A stretch of 64,000 bases of DNA from Candidatus Saccharimonadota bacterium (GTDB lineage Bacteria > Patescibacteriota > Saccharimonadia > Saccharimonadales > VXPC01). Shown piece after piece: positions 56,899-64,000 of this stretch (its first letter is position 1; each line of letters begins with the position of its first letter). The stretch is from the NCBI GenBank assembly GCA_009839685.1, contig VXPC01000014.1, forward strand, positions 6,928-70,927. Direction: 5' to 3'. The translations under genes were made by a program, and so were the position numbers. The notes under the pieces are model-generated. The model saw nothing but the letters and a program-made list of their open reading frames with translations, was not told the DNA's origin and did no database searches.

Positions 56899-58296
56899 CT
56901 ATGAGTCGTAGTGCGGATGGTCGGGGTGGAAGCACCAGAACCCTTGATACTCTCCTTCACTGGAATACTTTGGGGAAAGATGCAAACCTTGGCCGCAGGC
57001 CAGATTGTCTTTCAATTCCTGATACTCCCAATAGCTGTATCCTTCGCACCTTGATGACTCATGGTCATACTGGCAACCAAGGAAGTCAGATTTCATTTGA
57101 ATGAAGGTCTGCGTGCCTTCAGGGCTGTCGCACTGCCTGTATCCGCCTCTGTCGCTATCCCAGTATCCGCAGTCTTCCAAAAAGGTGTCGATTTCTGCCT
57201 GATAATTCAGCCATGTCTGATTTGGCCGAACCGGGTCTGGAATATCTACTTCCTCGCCTTCTTCTGGCTCTTGGGGTTCGCCTTCCGGTTCACCGTCTTC
57301 GGTTCCCTCTTCGGGGTCTTCAGTGGTTCCACCTTCCGGTTCACCGTCTTCAGATCCCCCTTCGGGATCTTCGACGGTTCCCTCTTCGGGTTCGATACCC
57401 AGAGCCTCGTTCAAGGTCTGCCTCGTCAGTTCAACTCCTGCCAGCTTGCTGCTGGCTATCTGTTGGCCGTTGAGGAAAAAGGTCGGAGTCGCACTGACAT
57501 CCAGACTGCGCAGATACCTCTCATCCTCATCGATGACGTCACCGACCTCCGTGCTGTGGAAGTCTTGCCTGAACTGCTCCAGATCCAAGCCTATCTCCTC
57601 AGCGAAAATCTCGAACTGAGGGAAAGGTTGCTCGGTATGCAGAGCCGTCCAGAGGTCACGTCGTTCAAACAGGATGTCGTGCATCTGCCAGAACTTGCCT
57701 TGTTTGGCAGCCGCCTCCACCGCTTGATGCGCAGCTCGGGAATTGCCGAACATGACAGCTAGCGGAAAGTGGACGACTTGGAAGGTTATCTGATCCTTGT
57801 ATTCCTCCCTGATTTGCTTCAGGATAGGATGGTAGTCGGCGCAAGCCGGGCAACCCAAGCTGTAAGCTTCTACCAAGAGCAGATCCTCGCCGTTGCCGAA
57901 GACGTTCTGACTGGCCGGACTGGTCGGTACCTCGGATTCCTCCTCGGCGCCGGCTTCCTGACCGTCCTCCGGTTCCTTAGGTTCGGGGATGGTGGTCGGC
58001 GGACTCGTTGTCGGAGTCGTAACCACTTCCTCGACCTCAGGGTCCTGGAGTTCGATTTGACGCTCTTCTTCCGATTGCACGGCAGTGTCGGGGGGCTCAA
58101 ATGAGTCCCGGCTTTCCGTTACAACCGGCTCTTCTTCCGCCTGTGCCCCCGGGGATGCCACCAGATAGATGACTGCTCCGATCGCAACGCCCGCGATGAC
58201 GAGCGCCACCCAGCTGAGAACCGACCTCCAGCGCGGTTTTCCGCCCTTGGAGGCACCGGCCGCCGGGGTGTTTTCCTTCTGGTTTCCAAGATTCAT
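56899..58296 (-). CDS. membrane-anchored DsbA-family thiol:disulfide oxidoreductase with acidic repeats and Cys-rich C-terminal domain
   Basis: TM anchor. CxxC active site YSLGCPACADYHP. Repeats EDPEGGSEDGEPEGG/EDPEEGTEDGEPEGE. C-terminal region with 6 Cys. Confidence 0.7.
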   Translation of the reverse strand: MNLGNQKENTPAAGASKGGKPRWRSVLSWVALVIAGVAIGAVIYLVASPGAQAEEEPVVTESRDSFEPPDTAVQSEEERQIELQDPEVEEVVTTPTTSPPTTIPEPKEPEDGQEAGAEEESEVPTSPASQNVFGNGEDLLLVEAYSLGCPACADYHPILKQIREEYKDQITFQVVHFPLAVMFGNSRAAHQAVEAAAKQGKFWQMHDILFERRDLWTALHTEQPFPQFEIFAEEIGLDLEQFRQDFHSTEVGDVIDEDERYLRSLDVSATPTFFLNGQQIASSKLAGVELTRQTLNEALGIEPEEGTVEDPEGGSEDGEPEGGTTEDPEEGTEDGEPEGEPQEPEEGEEVDIPDPVRPNQTWLNYQAEIDTFLEDCGYWDSDRGGYRQCDSPEGTQTFIQMKSDFLGCQYDHESSRCEGYSYWEYQELKDNLACGQGLHLSPKYSSEGEYQGFWCFHPDHPHYDS

Positions 58297-58628
58297 GCCG
58301 TTTACCTCCTATATGTCGCAGGCATGATTTACAGCAATCCTCTCAGAACTCGCCTAAGATGATTGCTAGCAAACCGCTTACGTTCAAAACGATTTGGTGG
58401 CAATCTCTTAGACAGGGAGTTAGCAGGAGAAGTTAGTTTGCCTTAAAGCAAACTGTTGAGACTTAATATTGTTAAGTTTCAGGGGTAATTCGGTATTGGT
58501 AACACCGAAACCCTCTGCCTAATTATAACATTAGAAATATGAGTTGTCCAGCCACTTGATGAATGAGACGTCATGCCTCAAGGATATAACCGGCGTTTTT
58601 GAGACTGAAATACCACTAATCCGGCACT

Positions 58629-58654
58629 AAAAAACCCTGCGCTGAAGCGCGGGG
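58629..58654 (-). terminator. rho-independent terminator (ccccgcgc-ttca-gcgcaggg then U6 on the minus strand)
   Basis: Minus strand reads ggaccccgcgcttcagcgcagggtttttt, just downstream of the 58683..59189 gene. Confidence 0.55.
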
Positions 58655-58682
58655 TCCTAGGTTCAAGTTCTAGTTCGGGTTC

Positions 58683-59189
58683 TTACAGGGGGGATTCGAT
58701 GGCGGCCCACTCGGCGTCCTGCGTCTCGGGGATAGTAACGCTGATCTGATCTCCCTGCTTGATTTTGTGATGCGTTACGGAGGCTGAGAGGACGTGGTAG
58801 CGCTTATCTCCTATCTGGACGTAGTAACGGCCGTCTTTCTGCGACAGGATGCCGACAGTCTGCGTACGCTGGATGGGGCCGATCTGCTTGTAGAGGAACG
58901 AGCCGTCGTCGCTGATGGTCAGTTTCATGCGGTCCCCCTGGACCAACCTGGATTTGCTGGCGTAATTAGCTTGTATGGGGTAGATTTTGCCGTCGTCCGC
59001 GACCATGTTCTGGCCGTTGAAAACGCCTTCTATCACCTTGCCGGCAATATCCCCTCTCTGGATGTCGATTGCACCTGGATCATCTCCCACGATACTGGTC
59101 AGCAATTCCTCAGCCGCCGCCAAAGCGGTATTGGCTTTGTTGATCAAAGCTCGGAACCGCTCTATGTGTTTATCTGATATTTCAGCCAT
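58683..59189 (-). CDS. hypothetical protein (168 aa)
   Basis: ORF with GAGGTG RBS 9 nt upstream of the ATG. No recognisable motifs. Confidence 0.45.
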   Translation of the reverse strand: MAEISDKHIERFRALINKANTALAAAEELLTSIVGDDPGAIDIQRGDIAGKVIEGVFNGQNMVADDGKIYPIQANYASKSRLVQGDRMKLTISDDGSFLYKQIGPIQRTQTVGILSQKDGRYYVQIGDKRYHVLSASVTHHKIKQGDQISVTIPETQDAEWAAIESPL

Positions 59190-59407
59190 CTTTGTTTCAC
59201 CTCAGGTGATTTTAGTTTATGTGCTAATTCAGGTTGAAATACCCTTCGGTACTTCAAGGCAATTTTAGCACAACACCCTTCATAAAGGCAAATCAGGGCG
59301 TTAAAATAAAGTGCACTCTTTTGCGAAAGACTTTGAGCTAGTGAACAAATAACTTGTTCTTATACCCTACAGCAGATGAAACAAAGATATGTTACTGAGC
59401 AACAGGC

Positions 59408-59809
59408 TTAGACCAGCTCAACCGTGGCGCCGGCTTCTTCCAACTTGCTCTTCATTTCCCCGGCTTCTTCCTTGTCCACGCCTTCTTTGACGTTTTTCGG
59501 GGCGCCGTCGACCAAAGCCTTGGCTTCGCTCAGAGGCATGTCAGTCAGATCCTTGACGGCCTTGATAACGGCGACTTTTTGCGCTCCGGGATCCTTGAGC
59601 AGGACGTCGAATTTGTCTTTTTCGCCCGCTTGGGCTTCTTCCCCGCCGGCGCCTGCTTGCGGAGCGGCTGCTGCGACCGGCGCGGCAGCCGGCTCGATGC
59701 CGTGTTCTTCCTTGAGAATCTGGTTCAAGTCGTTAACCTCTAAAACACTGAGGTTAACCAACTGTTCGGCCAGCTTCTTTAAGTCGACTTTAGAACCTTC
59801 CTTATTCAT
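59408..59809 (-). CDS. rplL: 50S ribosomal protein L7/L12
   Basis: N-terminal dimerisation helix, Ala/Pro hinge, C-terminal domain [23 protein letters not shown]...[17 protein letters not shown]. Confidence 0.9.
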   Translation of the reverse strand: MNKEGSKVDLKKLAEQLVNLSVLEVNDLNQILKEEHGIEPAAAPVAAAAPQAGAGGEEAQAGEKDKFDVLLKDPGAQKVAVIKAVKDLTDMPLSEAKALVDGAPKNVKEGVDKEEAGEMKSKLEEAGATVELV

Positions 59810-59845
59810 TGCTTATTATTTAATCCTTTCCTTTGAATAATTTGA

Positions 59846-60364
59846 TTAACTTTTACTGGATTTGACGCTCGTCAGCATCGCCGGCAGTCCTCCGGACAGA
59901 GCGGCAATGGTATTGCCGGCCGGCGCCTTAAGGCTGTAGACAACCGAGGCGATCAGTTCCGTCTTGGAGGGCAGGCCCGAGAGACGGACGACTTCCTCTT
60001 TGCTCATGAAGTGGCCGGTCTCGGTAATGGCGCCGACGAATTCCAGGGCGGCCTTGGTTTTCTTCACGAAAGCCTTGATTATTTGAGCGCCCCTGACTTC
60101 GTCTTCCGGGTTGAAGACGTAGACCATCATGCCCGACAGGCTAATCTGCTCGCTCTTAAGACCCAAGTCTTCCAAGGCTTTGAGCACCAAGCGGTTCTTG
60201 ACCACCCTGACGGTGACGTTGGCCCGCTCCATTTTCGCCCTAAGCGTTTGGAACTGATCCACCGGCAAACCTTCGTAGTCGGCCACGACGGTCAGCTTGG
60301 ACTTGCTAAGCAAATCCTTGATCTCGGTGATAATCGCCTCTTTCTTGGCGCGCGTGATAGCCAT
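59846..60364 (-). CDS. rplJ: 50S ribosomal protein L10
   Basis: MAITRAKKEAIITEIKDLLSKSKLTVVADYEGLPV... Confidence 0.9.
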   Translation of the reverse strand: MAITRAKKEAIITEIKDLLSKSKLTVVADYEGLPVDQFQTLRAKMERANVTVRVVKNRLVLKALEDLGLKSEQISLSGMMVYVFNPEDEVRGAQIIKAFVKKTKAALEFVGAITETGHFMSKEEVVRLSGLPSKTELIASVVYSLKAPAGNTIAALSGGLPAMLTSVKSSKS

Positions 60365-60560
60365 CTGAGCGTTTGGTTTGTTACTTGGTAAAAAGGAGGA
60401 GAAATAACCTTGGCGCCATGATTAAGGGTTTCGTTTGAGCCCCGACGCTGTCTTCAGCTCCGATTCAACCCTAAAGTCTAGCACTTATTTTGTTGATTGC
60501 AAGTTTGTTCTCTGAATGGGGGGGGGTGGCTATGTGCTGGATAGTCATCGAGGGGGTACC
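60365..60560 (-). promoter_or_regulatory. 5' leader of rplJ-rplL, candidate L10 autoregulatory leader
   Basis: About 200 to 350 nt structured non-coding region upstream of rplJ, containing a G9 tract. Assigned by position only. A leader motif was not verified. Confidence 0.25.
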
Positions 60561-61010
60561 CCTTGGCTTTTATGAGTCCTGAGCCAGTATGACAAAGACA
60601 ACTTCGCCGGTAAGAGAAACCACTACACCCCGCGTCGTCTTCTCACCGAGGCAAACAGGATAGAAATAGAATAGACCCACCGTTGCACTAGAGAGGATAC
60701 CCTCTCACCGCATGGGGCGGCCGTTCATGCAGGGCAGGTCTACGTGCCTATATTATAAAATATGCGAGCTTGTATTGCAAAGCAAGATTTTATAATCATA
60801 CAGGCATCAAGCTCATGCTTGTATGAACACAATATCACATGAGTCAATGCAACAAGAAGATTGCCGTAACTTACAAAGAACCTGGCCGCAAGCCTGAGTT
60901 TAAGTTGGTGCTTGACGAGAATTGATTTTATGAGGCAGGCGCTAGTATAATGCCGGACGTAAAGGTTTTTTACCTCTCCCTTGGGGAGGTCTTGTTTTAC
61001 CAAGGCGTAG

Positions 61011-62030
61011 ATGATGTCCAATGACTTGGATAAGAGCGGAGAATTTCTCTTCTATACGACTCCGGACGGCGAGTTGAAGGTTGAGGCTTATTTTCAAAAT
61101 GAGACAGTTTGGCTGTCGCAGAAGAGAATGGCCGAGCTTTTCAGCGTTGACAGAACCGTAATCGGCAGGCATTTGAAGAATACCTTTGCTTCGGGCGAAC
61201 TGGAAGAAAAAAGCAATGTGCAAAAAATGCACGTTGCAAATTCAGACAAATTAGTTTCTTATTACAACCTAGATGTCATAATCTCCGTTGGTTATCGCGT
61301 TAATTCGCCTAGGGCGATTGGCTTTCGCAAATGGGCGACGGCTGTATTGCGCAACTACATGGTCAAAGGCTTTGCGCTTGACGATGAACGGCTGAAGCAC
61401 GGCGCCCATTTCGGCAAAGACTATTTTGACGAACTGCTCGAGCGCATACGCGAGATCCGCGCCAGCGAGAGACGCTTTTACCAAAAGATTACGGACATCT
61501 ACAGTACCGCGAGTGATTACGACCCCAATGCCCCCATCACGCTTGAATTCTTTGCCACTGTGCAAAACAAGCTGCACTGGGCCATACACGGACAAACTGC
61601 GGCCGAGCTTATCGTCAAGGGAGCAGACTCAACCAAACCCAACATGGGGCTTAAGACCTGGAGGAACGCCCCCAGAGGCAAAATACTGAAGAGCGACGTT
61701 ACGGTCGGCAAGAATTACCTAGATGAGAGACAGGTTAGCGAACTCAACCGGATAGTTACGATGTACCTGGACTACGCCGAGAATCAGGCCAGCAGGGGTA
61801 TTCCTATGACCATGGCTGATTGGGTAAAGCGTTTGGACGCATTCTTAGCGTTCAATGATTATGACATCTTGAATAGTCCAGGAGAGGTCAGCAAAGCCGC
61901 CGCCAAGGAACTGGCCGAAGCCGAATACGACAAGTTCAGGCCGCTACAGGACAAACGGTTCGAAAGCGACTTCGACAGGGCCGTAAAGAAGATTCAAAAC
62001 AGGCCCAGAGGCAAAAGCGACAAAGCATAA
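61011..62030 (+). CDS. rhuM: RhuM-family protein (virulence protein RhuM-like)
   Basis: EFLFYTTPDGELKVEAYFQNETVWLSQKRMAELF...YYNLDVIISVGYRVNSPRAIGFRKWAT...KGFALDDERLK follows the RhuM family sequence as I recall it. The gene and its upstream region are markedly AT-richer than the window average. Confidence 0.8.
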   Translation: MMSNDLDKSGEFLFYTTPDGELKVEAYFQNETVWLSQKRMAELFSVDRTVIGRHLKNTFASGELEEKSNVQKMHVANSDKLVSYYNLDVIISVGYRVNSPRAIGFRKWATAVLRNYMVKGFALDDERLKHGAHFGKDYFDELLERIREIRASERRFYQKITDIYSTASDYDPNAPITLEFFATVQNKLHWAIHGQTAAELIVKGADSTKPNMGLKTWRNAPRGKILKSDVTVGKNYLDERQVSELNRIVTMYLDYAENQASRGIPMTMADWVKRLDAFLAFNDYDILNSPGEVSKAAAKELAEAEYDKFRPLQDKRFESDFDRAVKKIQNRPRGKSDKA

Positions 62031-62176
62031 AGTTGTAGCCAGGATATGCCGACCCTTGGCTCTGCGTGGATTCGCGGCAGCTCATTTAACTAACCCCCAG
62101 ACCGCTTATGTTATGATGGTGACAAACAGGGATTGAAGCGGATGGCTCGTCTGAAATAAATAGCTGGTTTTGTATC

Positions 62177-63376
62177 GTGACGATTGGCAGAAGACGCATT
62201 TTATTAGGTGCCGCGTTCGGCTTGGCGGCATTGTTAGCTGGTGCGGGAGCGGCTATTTTTTGGCCCGGCGATGGTAATCAGACGGGGGTTGACGGCGGAG
62301 TTACGGACGCTGCCGTTGACCGCCCTAGCATTTTTGCAATTAAAAACAGCGAAACCGGCGATATATATTTACTGGAAAGAACCGGCCGCCAATTGCAGCT
62401 TGAGCTGGCGCTTTCGGCTGAGATTTTCAAAGAAATAGCGCCGGAGCTTGCGGAAGAGTACGAAGGCTGGCCGCTTCATGCAAGTTTCCTGTCGGGCGAT
62501 ATCTTGGTCACGGGCGGGCCGCGGGCGGTGCACGTTTTCGAATTTGAAGCCGGCCAGTGGATCGTCAAGCAGGAGGTTTCGTTCGACAATTTCCCGGAGC
62601 TTGTCGACAAGTCCGTCACGCCCGTGCCTGTCGCTTTGTCCGCAGATTTTCTGGCCGTCCATGCCGCGGGCGGCGACAGCGACAACCTGCTGATTTTCGG
62701 ACGGGACGGCGGCCAGTGGTCGCTGGCCCACGCTATTGCCACGACCGGCGCCGAGGGGTTGAGTGCCAAGTTCAATGTCGCCCAAGCCGTAATTGACGGC
62801 GCCGCCTTGGCCGTCGGCGTGGTCGACTCGGACCGGGACGGGGTTTATATCTTTGACTTGGGAGCTGAGGAATGGAGCCTGCGGCAGGTCGTCTCCCCCG
62901 ATGCCCTCCCGGACATGCCGGCCACTTTCCATGTCTTTTCCAAACTGGCTTTTTCAGACGGCAGGCTGGCGGTGGCGATCGACGACATAGTTTACATGCT
63001 TGAAGAAGAGGCCGGCGGGTGGGCGTTGAAACAGCAAATATTCGCCCAAGATTTCCCGGGCCTGACGGGTCGGACTTTCACTGGTGTTTGGACCGCTGCC
63101 AAGATGGTGGGCGGCACCTTGGCGCTTGCCGACTCGGAACTGCTTTACGTTTTTAGTTATGGGGACGGCGAGTGGGTTTTGGAACGGAATATCCCGCTCG
63201 GCAAGCAATACGGTCCCAGGAGAGAGACCGGTTCGGGTCACGGGGTCACTTTGCGTGGCGGCCTTATAATCCTCGGCAAGTTCGCCGGCTCCTTGGAGGA
63301 GGGGGCTGAGGAAAACGTCAGGGTCTTTGTCAGGGACGATGACGAGTGGCTGCTGGATAAGACTTTGGATTTGTGA
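62177..63376 (+). CDS. secreted (twin-arginine-like signal) beta-propeller-like repeat protein
   Basis: RRRILLGAAFGLAALLAGAGA. Six about 50-aa repeats each containing G(Q/E)W.(V/L).(K/R)Q (EAGQWIVKQEV, DGGQWSLAHAI, GAEEWSLRQVV, EAGGWALKQQI, GDGEWVLERNI, DDDEWLLDKTL). Confidence 0.55.
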   Translation: MTIGRRRILLGAAFGLAALLAGAGAAIFWPGDGNQTGVDGGVTDAAVDRPSIFAIKNSETGDIYLLERTGRQLQLELALSAEIFKEIAPELAEEYEGWPLHASFLSGDILVTGGPRAVHVFEFEAGQWIVKQEVSFDNFPELVDKSVTPVPVALSADFLAVHAAGGDSDNLLIFGRDGGQWSLAHAIATTGAEGLSAKFNVAQAVIDGAALAVGVVDSDRDGVYIFDLGAEEWSLRQVVSPDALPDMPATFHVFSKLAFSDGRLAVAIDDIVYMLEEEAGGWALKQQIFAQDFPGLTGRTFTGVWTAAKMVGGTLALADSELLYVFSYGDGEWVLERNIPLGKQYGPRRETGSGHGVTLRGGLIILGKFAGSLEEGAEENVRVFVRDDDEWLLDKTLDL

Positions 63377-63467
63377 ATTCCAGTACTCAGTTCGCAGGCA
63401 ATTTCATTAAACGACCGGTTCACCAAAACGGAGCATCCGCTGTCTTGTTGAGTTAAGCTTTCTGGTT

Positions 63468-64000
63468 TTATTCGCTAAAACCCCGCCTTTTTAGCTGCTT
63501 CTTCCATATGCCGGGAATATCTTTTAAGTCCATATAAGCGTCGCTGCCTTCTCTCAGCTCCTTGGATACGCTGTTGCGAGAGGGCATTACGTAGACTTTC
63601 TTGCCCCTAGATTTCAGATGTTTTACCAGAGCGTAAAAGTCCGAATCTCCTGTTATGAATATTGCTTCTTCGTATCTGTCTATATTGTGGACGATGTCAA
63701 TCGCCATCTCAACGTCCATATTGCCCTTTTCTATGATTGACATCTGGCCACTGCTTGCGTCGCCAATCTGCTTAAGCTGTTTCTTCCTTACGGTGAAGCC
63801 GAGTCCTTTTGTCAGGTAGGCAAAGAACCTGTGTTTTCCGGTTAAACTGTAGGGCCTACTATCGTTAGACGGGTAGGCTTCATAATAGAAGATTTTTTAT
63901 GTCCGAAGTGTTAAATCGCCTTTTTATGTATTTTACCAGTTCGGCGTAGTCGACTAGGTAGCCTCGGCTCTTCTGAACGCTCCAGACGTTAGCGGCGTCT
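63468..64000 (-). pseudogene. NYN/LabA-like domain gene interrupted by a frameshift in a T6 tract (63893..63898); extends past the window edge
   Basis: Upstream frame ...DAANVWSVQKSRGYLVDYAELVKYIKRRFNTSDIKNLLL* and downstream frame KIFYYEAYPSNDSRPYSLTGKHRFFAYLTKGLGFTVRKKQL...DVEMAIDIVHNIDRYEEAIFITGDSDFYALVKHLKSRGKKVYV together form one NYN domain. Removing one T restores DIKIFYYEAY. Confidence 0.6.

Noticed and set aside
60365-60760. RNase P RNA, SRP RNA or tmRNA in the long non-coding stretch upstream of rplJ
   Set aside because: The conserved cores (GGAAAGTCCGG, SRP domain IV GGAA tetraloop context, tmRNA termini) were not found by eye. It is more parsimoniously the rplJ leader and promoter region.
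60740-61021. 93-aa minus ORF in the AT-rich region upstream of rhuM
   Set aside because: It lies in a promoter-like AT-rich intergenic stretch with promoter-like boxes. It is hydrophobic and low-complexity with no RBS, so it is probably non-coding.
1-64000. CRISPR arrays, rRNA genes, transposases/integrases
   Set aside because: No regularly spaced direct repeats, no rRNA-like conserved stretches, and no DDE/tyrosine-recombinase-like ORFs were seen on either strand.

Overview
The window is gene-dense (about 60 coding genes, mostly on the minus strand) and GC-rich (about 60% by eye), with several AT-richer islands. The lineage cannot be assigned from sequence, but a 566-aa TopA without Zn-ribbons, a 335-aa DnaX, many TM-anchored proteins and a 2081-aa surface protein suggest a small-genome, uncultivated, possibly CPR/Patescibacteria-like organism.

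Housekeeping genes read directly from the sequence:
- topA, which is absent from the supplied ORF track; I translated it by hand from the minus strand.
- pth-der, a receiver-only response regulator with a PAS histidine kinase, cobO, gltX next to tRNA-Glu(CUC), xthA, smpB.
- cysS, nrnA-like DHH protein, ybaB, dnaB-dnaX (overlapping), and an isolated rplJ-rplL operon.
- tRNA-Gln(UUG) with a RelE/DinJ toxin-antitoxin cassette 43 nt from its 3' end.

Accessory content:
- Many membrane-anchored or secreted proteins: an HExxH metalloprotease with an internal ~265-bp tandem duplication, a CPBP protease, a spondin_N protein, a class E sortase, and a DsbA-like oxidoreductase with a Cys-rich tail.
- A 2081-aa surface protein that is AT-richer than its neighbours.
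- A COG0523 metallochaperone GTPase apparently in an operon with two paralogous WLYTYDKDK-motif membrane proteins.
- A C-terminal GIY-YIG nuclease that shares a ~35-aa N-terminal module with the sortase.
- A low-GC RhuM gene.
- A NYN/LabA gene broken by a frameshift in a T6 tract.

Non-coding signals:
- An AT-rich island (2340-2835) with divergent near-consensus sigma70 promoters and a ~355-nt candidate sRNA that ends at a strong intrinsic terminator.
- A conserved ~40-nt motif upstream of two adjacent minus-strand genes.
- Homopolymeric G/C tracts (8-10 nt) in three non-coding regions.

No CRISPR array, rRNA, transposase or integrase was seen.
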